Assembly (NCBI GenBank): GCA_964252035.1
Contig: OZ176203.1
Source: Podarcis erhardii
Lineage: Eukaryota
DNA length: 64,000 nt
Direction: 5' to 3' (one strand)
Position 1 is the stretch's first letter, and the number at the start of each line of letters is the position of its first letter. The notes under the pieces are model-generated. The model saw only the letters and a program-made list of their open reading frames with translations, did no database searches and was not told the DNA's origin. This document shows positions 22,434-35,274 of the stretch, piece by piece. The position numbers and the translations under genes were made by a program.

Positions 22434-23089
22434 CCCCACTTCCAGGTACTCTCTGAAGACTAAAGAAGAGACCCCCTTAAGAATATTAGGGGGGTGAGCA
22501 GGGGAAAGACTAGACCATGTGAAAAATGAACGTAATATTTTAGCTGTAGTTCATTCATTTTCAGCTTGATATTCTTGTTATAAAAAAGCGTACCTGGACA
22601 TTCTGTTACTGCACCCATAACCTAGGTTTAAGGTGCCATTTAGCTCCTAGCTTCCATCTCTCAGTTTTTAACACTAGTTCATTGTTTAGTAAGTGATGGC
22701 TGTGTGGAAATCTGTTTCTGATGTAGATCTCTTTATTTGATTTGGAGCTCTTTCACTTATGCATAATGTAATCTTGGTCCTGAAAAGGAGATCGACTTGC
22801 CAAAATGCTTGTTGATGACATTTACTGGCATGTCATGTATTTTGGGAATGTGTATCTGAAGGTGCGTCTCCATCCATATTGCAGTCCCACTACAATATGC
22901 ACAACTGGAACCATCTCAGGCATGCTTCTCTATAGACTCTTACACTTTCATGTTGGGTGTTAACTTGTGTGTTAGTTGTGGCTACTGTTCATTAAACACT
23001 TTTCAAAGATTTGTGCAGAACTTATACAAACCAGATTTTAGGGTTTTACCTCCAAGCTTACAATCTAAATGTGGGCGAGAAATCTCCCT

Positions 23090-23625
23090 AGCTTGTTTTT
23101 CCTGCTCTGGAGGGTAGGACTCAAACAAGTCACAAGAAAGGAGGATCCAGCGAAACATCAGGAAGAACTTTCTGACAGTAAGAGCTGTTCAACAGTGGAA
23201 CAGTCTCCACTGTGAGGCTGTGGACTCTCCTTCCTTGGAGGTCTTTAAGCATCGGTTGGATGGCCATCTGTCATGGATGCTTTAGTTGAGATTCCTGGAT
23301 TGCAAGGGGATTGGACTGGATCAGGCATGTCCAAAGTCTGTTTCAGGGGCTTAATCCAGCCCGCCAGTTGGTTTAATCTGGTCCCTGTGGCAGTTTATTT
23401 CCTGAGGTAAAAACCAATAAAAAGCTCAACAACTTCAATCCAATAAAATGCTCAATAACTTTGGGGTAAAATCGTAAAAATAAAATAAAAAAACTCAACA
23501 ACTTTGGCCCTTTGGTTGGTCCTCACACATGTTCACTTCATCAAATCTGGCCCTCTTTGAAAAAAGTTTGGACACCCCTGGACTAGAAGATCCTTGGCGT
23601 CACTTCCAACTCTACAATTCTATGA
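23090..23625 (+). mobile_element. CR1 LINE 3' end, interrupted by a hAT MITE
   Basis: GCTTGTTTTTCCTGCTCTGGAGGGTAGGAC...TTGGACT|GACTAGAAGATCC...TTCCAACTCTACAATTCTATGA, the CR1 tail. Confidence 0.9.
23322..23580. mobile_element. hAT (Charlie-like) MITE
   Basis: TIRs CAGGCATGTCCAAA / TTTGGACACCCCTG. 8-bp TSD with two mismatches (GACTGGAT/GACTAGAA). Confidence 0.85.
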
Positions 23626-24559
23626 AAGAATAGTAGGACATAGGTTGATGGAGGGGCTCTAGGTTTTTTTATAGACTACCATACGGGAAATTGTGGGAAG
23701 GTTATTAACTCCCTACCATAACTTCTGGTATCAACCATTTGTTGTGGCAGGGAGGTATCTCTGTTCCTCATTAGGAGGGGAGAAGTGCAGCGCAGGATCG
23801 TGCTGTGCGGATACTGTTCTCTCTTCGGTGCAGATGGCACCTGTGCACAGTTCAAACAAGGATTGTGTCAGGTTGCCATCTGGCTCTGCCACTCTGGCAA
23901 GATTGTCATGCGGTGACACCATCTGCCTTTCCTTTCGGGGATGCAAAGTGAATTTACAGAGGAAGCTGGCACTGTACCTATTGAGCAGATACGAGAGTAC
24001 ACAGTGTTCCTAATGAGCAGACCCTTACATAGAGTTGGCATATTCTGGACAAACCGTTGAGCTTTTTGGGGGGAACATTTTGGACTTTTCTTGAATTTTA
24101 AAAGCATTTTTTAAAACAGTATCGCCCTACTTGCCATACGTCCTCGTTTTGCCGAACATTTTGCCGATTCAGCATAAATATGCCCGGACGCAGCCTGATT
24201 CCCAGACGTGTCCAGGGAAACCCTGGCGTATGGCAGCGCTACCTTACATGACAAGTAGGACTCCTGCACTAAATTGCATTTCTTCCCACCCTCAAAAAAA
24301 TAAGTTTGTTAGTATAATAGTTGATAATGTACCAGATGTGCTAAAATGTTATCAGTTCAGCAATGTCAAAATGGTGTCCGTCAGATATAGGTCTTTATGA
24401 AGCTAAGTCAAGAGAAGAAGGGAGGATGTGGAGGGAACGGAAAGGTTTCTATTCCCAGGAAATCATCTGAAGGAAGTCTAATAATAATGAAGCCCAGTGT
24501 GTAGAAATAAGAATTGCCATATTCTTTTCATGGTAGCTCTCTTGCATGTTTAGACCTTT

Positions 24560-25330
24560 TAACCTCCCCCTTAAATAAATTCAGACAAGACTCAAATTTT
24601 GGTTTGGTTTTTGGCAGAATTTAGGCCACAACTTTATTGATTACATCAAGTGAGTGGTTGCACAGGCTCTGGTTTGACTAGCTCCCTGCACCTTGGCAGG
24701 TAGCGCTGACCCAGGGCACCAGCATAGGTCAGCCTAGAGTGAGCACCTGGAACAGCAGAAAGCCGGGAATCAGGCTAGTCCACCACCCAGATGCCCCCCT
24801 TGACTCAGGCATGGGCACAACCCCTCTGAGGGTTGACCAAACCATTGAGTCCCTGGATTACTTTAAAGGAATACCCTTCAAATAGGGATGGCAAGAGTGT
24901 TCCCCCATCCCTATCACCTGAACCAGAGCCTATCTGCAACCTTACAAGTTGTGACAATTTGCTACATGGCAAGCGAAACCCAAATGGCAGCAGCCAATCA
25001 GCCAAGTGAGGGAAATTCCTGCCATGCCCCTGTCGCAATGACAGGCGAAACATGACGGCATAGCTAGGTCAAGTGCAAGCCCTAAATATAGGGAGAGGTG
25101 GGTGGGTGTTCCAATGCACTGGCCCAAAAAGGAAGCTCAGGGTCATGTGCATGGGCATATATAGGTCCCTCAATCCATTTGGCTAGTGTCCCATTGGCCA
25201 GATTAAACACAGCATCAAGGGACCTACCAATAGGGTGTTGTGGCTATCCAATCATACCCACCCACAACACAGGGTTTGGTTGTCAGGTCGCACCACAAAA
25301 CGTGCCCTCTTCGAGGGAGGACACAATTTA
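24560..25330 (-). mobile_element. Second copy of the LTR-like (DIRS/Ngaro-like?) repeat
   Basis: Reverse-complement homology to 17225-18020. Confidence 0.6.
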
Positions 25331-26051
25331 TAGCTCAGTGGATGTTACCTTTCCTGGCACCAGCTACCGAAATTCCTTCTTCTGCACAACCATGACAACT
25401 ACAAGTACACCACCCCTTTCTGTCTGCTCGGGCTCAAACTTAGCGAACCTGAAAAATCCAGGAGTGATCCTTCTTTCTCTTTGCTGCCCACATTCATATC
25501 ACTAGATATGCTTTGTGAGAAGTTAAGGAGGACCAGTTATTGAGTAACATGTGGCAGCTTGGTCTGACGTTAGTTCTGGCATCTCAGTGTGAGATCCACC
25601 CAGCAGGATTTTTGCACCAGTTACCAAAATCTACATCAAATGCAGGATTATGTGAAAACATCAGCAGTTTCCCAGCCCCTGTTGATAATATATGTGCTAA
25701 TAAATTTCACAGGCAAAGACAACATAATGCAGATTTCTCCCCTGAAGAGAGGAGGTTGGCAATCTGTCTTTGTGAATATTTATGATGGGTCCCTAGTTTT
25801 TCCATTGACAGAATACTTAAATTCCCCTTTCAATAAAACTTGCTAAACTGTTTTTTCCATAATCCTGTAAAGCAGATATTGATGCCTTTATCAGCTTATC
25901 ATTACACAAAATTGTGATGGTATCAACAATTTCTTCTTCAACACCCCGATTCTTTGCTGTCTGTGGGAGAAACAAGCACCCCTTCAGATGCAAAGTTCAC
26001 TGCTAAGAAAGTAAGCAGAATATTATTCTGTTATAAACATGATGTAATGTA

Positions 26052-26402
26052 GGGACGCGGGTGGCGCTGTGGTTTAAACCACAGAGCCTAGGACTTGCCA
26101 ATCAGAAGGTCGGCGGTTCGAATCCCCGCGACGGGGTGAGCTCCCGTTGCCTGGTCCTTGCTCCTGCCAACCTAGCAGTTCAAAAGCACGTCAAAGTACA
26201 AGTAGATAAATAGGTACCGCTCCAGCGGGATGGTAAACGGCGTTTCCGTGCACTGCTCTGGTTTGCCAGAAGTGGCTTAGTCATGCTGGCCACATGACCC
26301 GGAAGCTGTACGCCGGCTCCCTCGGCCAATAAAGCGAGATGAGCGCCGCAACCCCAGAGTCGGTCACAACTGGACCTAATGGTCAGGGGTCCCTTTACCT
26401 TT
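26052..26402 (+). mobile_element. Sauria SINE
   Basis: Full length, TSD AATGTA. The empty site is visible in the duplicate at about 21075-21085. Confidence 0.95.
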
Positions 26403-26452
26403 AATGTAGTGCCATTTGTGAGTAACATGGCCATTCCTAGCAGTTGATATAA

Positions 26453-26721
26453 AACAACAACAACAACAACATTTTTTTTATTTATACCCCACCCATCTTG
26501 CTGGGTTTCCCCAGCCACTCTGAGCGGCTTACATAAAAAATTGTGAAACATTAGACGTTAAAAAATTCCCATTACAGGGTTGCATTCAGATGTCTTCTAA
26601 AAGTCAGATAGTTGTTTAGTTCCTTGACATCTGATGGGAGGGCGTTCCACAGGGCGGGCGCCACTACCAAGAAGGCCCTCTGCCTGGTTCCCTGTAACCT
26701 CCCTTCTCGCAGTGAGGGACC
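26453..26721 (-). mobile_element. L2-clade LINE 3' end
   Basis: (AAC)n tail, TTTATACCCCACCCATC..GCTGGGTTTCCCCAGCCACTCTG, body homologous to 56458-56891. Confidence 0.9.
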
Positions 26722-26769
26722 TATCTCCTACAGTTCATCCATTTTCCTGTTTCTGAGGAAATTGTCAAT

Positions 26770-27180
26770 TTGCCATAGCCTCCAAGGAGAGCCTAACAAA
26801 ACTCCCTTCCATATGGAAAATATCCACTTCATCTGGGGCTTGGAGTGTGGTGGTGTTTGCCGCATGTTGTGGCTTCAGCTGGTCCGAGGAGGCTGCCATC
26901 TTCCTGCACATCTGGGGGAGGGGAAGGTCACCTGATGCCACCCATCTCAGCCATCCCAGGCCTTCCCAGGTGTGGTTGGGCATCACTGGCAAGGCCAATC
27001 GTGGCAAAGGTCCTGGGCGCTGCCCCCAGCCTGCCCCTGGGGTATTTAAGGGAGTACAGGCCACCTTCTTTGCTGTCGCCAATCAAAGGCCACAGCTCTG
27101 TAGAGCCAGCATGGCGACTCACTACTTGGTTAGGTTAAACCATGAGAAAAGCCCCTCTGGGTGTTATTACAGCTTCTGTG
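26770..27180 (+). mobile_element. LTR-like fragment (family unresolved)
   Basis: GC-rich block with CCAAT (GGCCAATC) and TATA-like GGTATTTAAGGG. Ends not defined. Confidence 0.3.
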
Positions 27181-27711
27181 TGGAGAACTACCTCCTAGAT
27201 GCATCTTTTGGTTGCCTCCGTATGGGGTCTATAAAATACAAAGAAATCCTGAGGTTTCACATGTCAGTGTTTCTTTTCAAACACTTTTCATTTATTTTTT
27301 AACAAAACCTGCTTAAGAAGTCCCTCAGATGTTCACTGAACATCTGTACCAATTTCCAGTTATTGATTGCAGCCCCTTCCATTTTTTAAAATTCATTTTC
27401 ACACATCAGTCGGATTTTCTAAGGACATCAAAATGATGGTCATTCTGACTGAAGTTTTGTTTTCCTTTCCTCATCCCATGTGTTTTGAGAGAGGTAGAGG
27501 AGGGAGCATCTAGTTTAGCTAACATTATTTTACAGCAGGGGCAAGATAAAACTATTTTCTGTACACCAACACTCTTGTCAGGCTACTGTGCCAGCATGCA
27601 GTTTGACCTACCTGATGCTTTTGAAATAAATAGAGTTGTAAACTCAATAGTGACTTTAAGAACATTGAAATGGGAGGAAATTACTTTAGGCAAAAAGTAC
27701 AATTCTTATTA

Positions 27712-28310
27712 GGGACGTGGGTGGCACTGTGGGTTAAACCACAGAGCCTAGGACTTGCCAGTCAGAAGGTCGGCAGTTCGAATCCCCACAACGGGGTGAG
27801 CTCCCGTTGCTCGGTCCCTGCTCCTGCCAACCTAGCAGTTCGAAAGCATATCAAAGTGCAAGTACAGTGGTACCTCGGGTTACAGGCGCTTCAGTTTACA
27901 GACGCTTCAGGTTACAGACTCCGCTAACCCAGTAATAGTACCTCTGGTTAAGAACTTTGCTTCAGGATGAGAACAGAAATCGTGCTCCGGCAGCATGGCA
28001 GCAGCAGGAGGCCCCATTAGCTAAAGTGGTGCTTCAGGTTAAAAGAACAGTTTCAGGTTAAGAACGGACCTCCGGAACGAATTAAGTACTTAACCCGAGG
28101 TACCACTGTAGATAAATAGTTACTGCTCCGGAGGGAAGGTAAGCGGCGTTTCCATGTGCTGCTCTGATTCGCCAGAAGCGGCTTAGTCATGCTGGCCACA
28201 TGACCCGGAAGCTGTACGCCGGCTCCCTCGGCCAATAAAGTGAGATGAGCGCCGCAACCCCAGAGTCGGTCACCTCTGGACCTAATGGTCAGGGGTCCCT
28301 TTACCTTTAC
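27712..28310 (+). mobile_element. Sauria SINE split by a MITE
   Basis: 5' part 27712-27864, 3' part 28109-28310. TSD CAATTCTTAT at 27700-27709 and 28831-28840. Confidence 0.95.
27865..28108 (+). mobile_element. Tigger-like MITE family A inserted into a Sauria SINE
   Basis: TIRs, with duplication of the TA in the SINE sequence AAGTA|GATAAATAG. Confidence 0.95.
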
Positions 28311-28318
28311 CTTTTTTC

Positions 28319-28815
28319 TTTTTTCTTTTTCTTTTTTTAAAAGATATTTATTAAAAATTTCCAATTTAATACAGAAAGAAAAAGCAACAGACAAAAAAGG
28401 AAAAATACACAATTTAAACAAACAAAACAAAACAAGTATAGTTCCCATTTCTTATTTCCATTACCTTATATCCCGGACCTCCTCTCACCTCCCCCTTTTG
28501 TATTCTAATTCAGATTCTTAATTCAGCAAATCCTTATTTATAACTTAATATAACTTATTTTCGCTTGTGTTCAACCTTTACATTACAGCTAGTAACCATT
28601 TAATTTCTGTCCAACATCATTCTAACATTCATTAATTTTGCAGTATTTCTGTAAATAGTCTTTAAATTTCCTCCAATCCTCTTCTGCCGACTCTTTTCCC
28701 TGGTCTCGGATTCTGCCAGTCATTTCTGCCAATCCCATGTAATCGATCAGCTTCATCTGCCATTCCTCCAGAGTGGGTAAATCTTGTGTCTTCCAATATT
28801 TTGCGATAAGAATTC
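28319..28815 (-). mobile_element. L1 LINE, 5'-truncated 3' end
   Basis: Minus strand reads ILIAKYWKTQDLPTLEEWQMKLIDYMGLAEMTGRIRDQGKESAEEDWRKFKDYLQKYC, an L1 ORF2 C-terminus. Poly(A)-type tail. 16-bp TSD ACCTTTACCTTTTTTC (28303-28318, 28816-28831). Confidence 0.9.
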
Positions 28816-28979
28816 ACCTTTACCTTTTTTCAATTCTTATGGAGACCGTGCATGGAGACCTTATGACAAATTTTCTTAAATAGTGCGGGATGATCAGAAA
28901 AGCCGAGATTAATGTGTTACACACATCTCTCACACACAAAAACCACCTGCATCTGGTGAAGGAAAAGCATGAAGCCTTT

Positions 28980-29276
28980 TGTCATGGGTCAGGAGTTGGC
29001 TTCACCTGCTGAGCAGCAGCCTGAAGGAGCAGAACGTATTGTGACTCCACCTGTTGCTGATCAGCCTTCTTGCTCCTGATGAGAACCAGCTTTTCTCCAG
29101 CTTTCTTAAGCAGGGTTTCCAGCCTCAGTCAGTTGCTGGAAGCAACATTTGTCATTCCCGGTCAGACCTTGCTGCTTCTTGTGACCTTGGACCTTTGGCT
29201 TTCAACCCCCAGATCATCTGACTACATGAACTGAGATACTTCTGACCTTAGGACTGGCCTGAACCATATTACGACA
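28980..29276 (+). mobile_element. Solo LTR
   Basis: TGTCATGG...TTACGACA termini, 5-bp TSD CCTTT/CCTTC. Confidence 0.75.
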
Positions 29277-30024
29277 CCTTCCCCCCATGATTGAAGGGAT
29301 CTGGGGCTGCGCGACATCATCACGCCATACATGCATACCCTGTGGCGTGCTGACGTGTTTTGTGGATGCCCCACAGTGTGCATGCGTGACACAAGCATGC
29401 CCCACGGCCTGCTCACATGGCTGCTGAGGAACTTGGGGGGGTGGCCCCTTCATTGAATTTTTTGGGGAGAGCTCTGGTCCCTCACACACACCTCATTCAG
29501 CGCTGGGGAGCCTCAGTGCTTCTTCTCATTTACTCTGCTTCTCTTTCATTGGTATGTTTTCTTTTCTTCAGTTGTCAGAAATGCAATTTCAGTGTGACTT
29601 TGTATGTATGGTGCTAAGAAAGCTCAGTCTCAGCTATAGTTTGGATCCAAATTACCATTTGATTAGCTCATTGAATTTGTGCCCACAGCAGCACTGGATT
29701 TCTGTTTCTCCAACATCAGTCCCCTATGCTGCATCAATCCTTTAAAACTGAGGAAAAAATGAGTTCATTATGTAGCATACAGGTGTGCCACTGTAAGTAA
29801 TAATAATAAAAATGTAAAAAAAAATCACTGGCCATACCTGAAGTAGTTTTATCAGTTCCAAACTTAGAGATACTTGGAGTACACACACTGAAACACACTG
29901 GATTTACAGGAATAATCCTATTGTAAGATCTGCCAAGATGAACAGCTTTAGGAAGGAGCAGATCTCCAGCTCAACCATCATTAAGTCCTGAACCATAAAT
30001 TCTAAAGGAAAAGTTAATTAAGTT

Positions 30025-30255
30025 CAGTGGTACCTCAGGTTACAGACGCTTCAGGTTACAGACGCTTCAGGTTACAGACTCTGCTAACTCAGAAATAGTA
30101 CCTCGGGTTAAGAACTTTGCTTCAGGATGAGAACAGAAATCGCATGGCGGCAGAGGGAGGCCCCATTAGCTAAAGTGGTACCTCAGGTTGAGAACAGTTT
30201 CAGGTTAAGAATGGACCTCCGGAACGAATTAAGTACTTAACCCAAGGTACCACTG
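30025..30255 (+). mobile_element. Tigger-like MITE family A
   Basis: TIRs CAGTGGTACCTCAGGTTA / TAACCCAAGGTACCACTG. Confidence 0.95.
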
Positions 30256-31460
30256 TACCGATGAATAACTTTTGTTCTTTAATTTTAAACTGAAATCAGT
30301 ACAGATACAAACATATTTGTGGTGGATGAAGCTTTGAGAAGTAGCTATGAAAACTCTCATCATTTTTCTCTTAAAACACTGCAATCATAATTTGTTTTAT
30401 TGACTCAATCATTTTTCTTTCTTTGTACTGGAAACCATGCTGGTAATTGCAACATTCGCTGTCGGTGTTTGTTTACTAGAGTTCTGATGGCTGAGCTGAG
30501 GCATACTTTTTTCTGAATTAACACTGGAGGCAAACTTCACTCTCCTAACCTAAAATGTATTTGTGCAGGATGTATGAACAAGAATTACATGCCAGACTCC
30601 AAGAGAACTGTGATGTTAGGGGAAAGGGAAAGGCTCAGCTGCCATGTATTTTTGTGATGTCACAGGTGGTACTTAGTCCATAGCAACAACAAGGGATGCA
30701 GCATCACAATCTCCACAGGCCTCACAACTGTGAGTTCCCCTCAACTGTGCTTTGTGTGCTTCTTCAGTTTTAGACCAATTTTCATCTGTACCAAATAGGT
30801 GCAAACCATAAAACTGTTGGTGGTCAGAGGCAGGAGGCGACTCTTATTTTTGTACAACCACAGACCCTCCAATTGTCCCTATTTTCCAGGGACGTCCCTG
30901 ATTTAGAGAAGCTGTCCCAGTTTCTAATTTGATTCCGGAATGTCCCACTTTTCTTTAGTATGTCCCTATTTTCATTGGAGAAATGTTGGGGGGTATAGAG
31001 TTATCCGACCCACTAGCTATCTGAAGGCAATACTGTATAGGTAACTTTCTTTTTAAACGTTTAATGTTTATTATGTTTTTATACATGTTGGAAGCAATGT
31101 GTTGGGTATAAATAGTAAAATTATCATTATAGAAGAGACACACAAAGAGGAGCCTCAGATGATGATTTCAGGGTCCAGGTCAGTTCACATAGAGAGAGGC
31201 AGTCCTTGAGGTATTGCGGTCCTGAGCCAATCACATACCTTCCAACCCATGGGCTGGTGGCTCCCCACCCCTTTTATAAAACTCAAGGGTTATATTCAAC
31301 ATTAGTTGTAGTCAGAGTAATCCATTTAATTGGATGACCGAGTAATCCATTTATTTTGATGGCTCTACTTTGAGTGTGAAGCATTTGGATATCACTCCCA
31401 ATTATTAAGAACACCAACACAGAAAGACACTAAAACAACCTAAACAGAAGAGAAGGCTAA

Positions 31461-31780
31461 TGTTATGTATTCAGTGGTCTGTGTTTGCCTGAGCTTGAGT
31501 CTGGACTAAGGATTCTGAGTCCCTGTGTTCTAATTTGATACATGATATCCAATCACAGAACATTTCATGATTTGGGCCTCTGCCATTGGCCCTTAATCTC
31601 CGAGTCATGATTTCCACTTGGAAGTCTAGACATCCAATCACCTTGGGAGTGGGAGTGGCCCAGGCCTTCAGAAATGTATATAAGCAGTTGCTTCGCCCAT
31701 GTTGTTCACTTCTGTTAGTTCAATAAAGGTTCTTGCTGTTACCACTGTGTCTTGCCTCGTGGGAACCCACCTACACTTCA
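31461..31780 (+). mobile_element. Solo LTR with intact promoter signals
   Basis: TGTTATG...CTTCA termini. TSD GCTAA/GTTAA. CCAATCA twice, GTATATAAG, AATAAA. Confidence 0.8.
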
Positions 31781-33347
31781 GTTAATATATATTTTTAAAA
31801 ACAAACCTTAAAAGCCTGAGGGGCTTTTATGGGCCCTAGTGCTACATAAGCCCCATCTATGCCCTGCAAATGTGGAGAGAAGGTGGCCATTTTATTTTGC
31901 TGCTGTTGCCTGGCAACCCCTCTCTTCTACAAGCAGCATCAAAATGGCTTGGGTTGGCAGGGAAGAACAAAAGCATTGCAGGCGCAATTGCAGAAGGGAG
32001 TGTGTTCAGAATAAGAATGACGAAAGGCATTTGGAAAAGATCCAAACGATTACCAAAACATCAGTCTACACTTCAATTGCCATTTTCCCACCGGTGAACA
32101 GGTTCCCCATGTCCTACAAAATTAGCTGTGCACTATATGTGCCTCGGCTATGCTGGAGAACCTTGGTCTGAACACCCCAAAATAGATGAAGTGAGCTATG
32201 GAAAATGATGTCCACTCAATTGGGTAGAACCAAGGTCCCAGAACAGCTTTGCCACCAATAAAATTATTCAGATTTCCTATTAACCACGGATTATCCCCTT
32301 GAAATTCCTGGCAGACCCTGAAGATTTCATCCAAAATCTGTTCTGAAAATTGGAAAGGTAGTTTATTACACGCACACACAAATGTATGCAGGAATTTGCT
32401 TATTCGTGATTTTCTTATTTGCTACATTTTTAGTCACTTCTTAACCTAGTCCTCCAGGTGACTGATTTCTAGACAGACACTTACTAAATAAATAAATATG
32501 GAGGTATATTATGTTATGCCTTCAGACTACTAGATTTGTGCAACATGCACGGAAGTTTTTTTCTGGTCCTTTTAGTGCTATGTAGGCCCTGGGTCTTCAG
32601 GCCCTCTTCACAGATTTTGTTCCTCCCCCTTTTCTTTTTGCTGGTTTTGCATTTCTTAATTTTCATAATGCACACACTCCTTTCTCTTATTACCTACAAT
32701 GCCTTTTGTGCTTCAACGCCCCAGCCCCAGCCCCAGCCATTTTGCTGTAGCAAGTAGAATAGAGCATGGTTGCTAGGCAACTGCAGCAAAAAATAAAATG
32801 GCCGTCTCATAACAGCATGGCTATGGCACACTGGGGAAACTCGGCAGCTGCTTGGGGCCTGCTGCAGCCCCGGCATTTGAAGCAAATGTTCTTTTTGACT
32901 CATAACCACCTGGCCAGGACAGCAGCTATTGAATAAGTCATACAGCTTGGTCCTGTGGTTGTTTACTTGGAAGCAAGCACCACTGATGGGACGTATTCCT
33001 ATTAAATTTAGTTTAAAGGTTGCGCTCAGGCCCTGTCCACACTTTCATTTGTCGCACGCTTTCTTAGAATTTGCAGTGGATCAGTCCACTGGTGCAAAAG
33101 CTTTTCATTTATATAAAGCACTGGTCCAAAAGCTTTCCGTTTATATCCCAATGCAGAAATATAGAAGACTTGCTCTTTACCGCTGTATCAGAACGAACGA
33201 AAAATCCATTAAAACCCAAATGGAAAATTGTTCCCCTTCCATACTGGGGAAGGGGGAATAAAATGGAAAAACACAGAGTTTCCTTTGTATATGTATATAT
33301 TACTGAATCTCATTCAATGCACATTCCTCAAGCCTACATTCCTCAAG

Positions 33348-33446
33348 TTTTTAATGTGTGACATTTTGATGTTATTTTTAATCTTTGTTGGAAGCTGCCC
33401 AGAGTGGCTGGGGAAACCCAGCCAGATGGGTGGGGTACAAATAAAT

Positions 33447-33480
<34 letters not shown>
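33348..33480 (+). mobile_element. L2-clade LINE extreme 3' end with (ACA)n tail
   Basis: GGAAGCTGCCCAGAGTGGCTGGGGAAACCCAGCCAGATGGG is the reverse complement of the tails at 56510 and 26480. Confidence 0.9.
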
Positions 33481-35246
33481 TATGCTGATAAATTGAGAAT
33501 GCAAGGGAGAGGCGCTTGAAAGGAAGAACTAGTGGACAGGAGGGAGTACTTCACCCCTCCACTCCCCACCCCCCAACTGATTCTCCTCTGAAATTGGAGT
33601 TTTCCCCTCAGCTGCATTGGTTTTTATATTCAACTCCAGATCCTGGCTTGGAGGAAAACAGTTGTTGAGAACCTGTGACACATTTGTCAAATCAGAAGAA
33701 AGTGGCTATAAATGCCCATTTTTCTGCCCGCAAATTCTCCTCTGCAAATTGCCCCCTCCACTACCAAATTCATGTGATGACTAAAAGATGGGTTTGGAAA
33801 CCTCCAGGTTCCCTGCAGGTGTGCTCTTAACCTGACTTTCAAATAGCACATCTAAAAGCACACCCAACCGCAGAAGAGACCCCTAACTAACATGAAGTGT
33901 TTTTATCATGTACAAAAGTACTTCTTGCTGTGTCAGCTGATTGCTTGTTCCTCACAGTTCTTAACATGCCCTCATAGAAAAAGTATCTGCAATCTGCATA
34001 TAACTGCTGCTGACAACAAGTCCTCTCTGTTCAAGGCAGAAATACTCTTATTATATGCACTGATTACACCTGGCAGGTGAGCATCTTCAAATTCTAGTCC
34101 TCTTAACTTCAGCCTATTAATTTACCTTTAAAAAACTGCATTGTCATTTTGATTTCACTGACTTCCAAAACACATTCCCTTTCTTGGCTTGCCCAGTACA
34201 AGGTGGGCCTGGGCCATGATGAATTAGTGGAGAACATAGGTTTTGCATGCCAAAAGTCTCAGGTTCATTCCCTGACATTTATTCACATGAGCCAAAATTT
34301 CTCACAAGACTTACGCCCCCCCCCCCCATATTCTTTTGGAAATGTGTCCCTTTCTTTTCACCTGTGAGTTATTTTTCTCCTGATATTCTCCATCATTATT
34401 TTGTGGTGGATGCCATATCCCTCTAGTATAACCAGAAATGATACCAGGGGTTCATTCAGGCTTCCTATTGTACTGCATTTCTCAGCACAAGTCTGGGATT
34501 TAAATCTCCATGCCTGAATGGTTTTTGTCATTGTTACTGTTTGTCCTGGCACTTTCCCTGGGAAAACTCATGTTTTACCACTGAATCGGAGCAAGCAGCA
34601 ATCAGGTTTTCTGCAGATTGCTGTTTGCTATGATTCAGCAGTAAAACGTGGATTTTCCCAGGGAAAGCATCAGAACACACACACAAAACCCGCACTCTGG
34701 CACAAAAGTTTAAGGTGTGGACCTGTGCCTAGAAACTGCAGCATAAAAGAAGTCTAGATGAGCCCTGGGTCTGGGAATAGACAATAACAGCATCTATTTA
34801 AAGAATGACAGCTTCTTTTACTGTAATTCTATGCACAAGAAGTGTAAAGCAAGCTGGTGTAAATTAAGCTGGCGTAAAGTTACACCACATTCAAACCCCA
34901 TTCAGCAACGAGGCGGCGGCTACTCCCTGGCAGAAGAAAAACAAGCCTTTAAAATCGTATTTTATGCTGGGTTGACAGGTCATGTGGCTGATCCAAACAG
35001 GCTTAGGATCCTAAGTCCTTCCCTCCCTGGTCCTGCTCCCATTATGGCCCCAAACTGGCCCCATTGGGGACCTTACGTCTGCCTCAGTTCCTCCAGCTGA
35101 GTCCCAGCTGGGACAAGCAAGCTAGGCTGGCATGTCTCCAACTGAGCAAAGTTTGGAGGCTTAACTCCAACTGAGCAAAGAATCAGCAGACTGTGCTAGA
35201 GATCCATTGCATGCTAAGCTGCTCATTTTGGCAGATCTTGCCATAA

Positions 35247-35274
35247 GATGATGATGATGATGATGATGATGATG
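35247..35274. repeat. (GAT)n microsatellite
   Basis: Read directly. Confidence 0.95.

Noticed and set aside
31158-31226. C/D-box snoRNA-like ATGATGA...CTGA
   Set aside because: No terminal stem, and the sequence is a minus-strand L2 remnant similar to 3597-3620.
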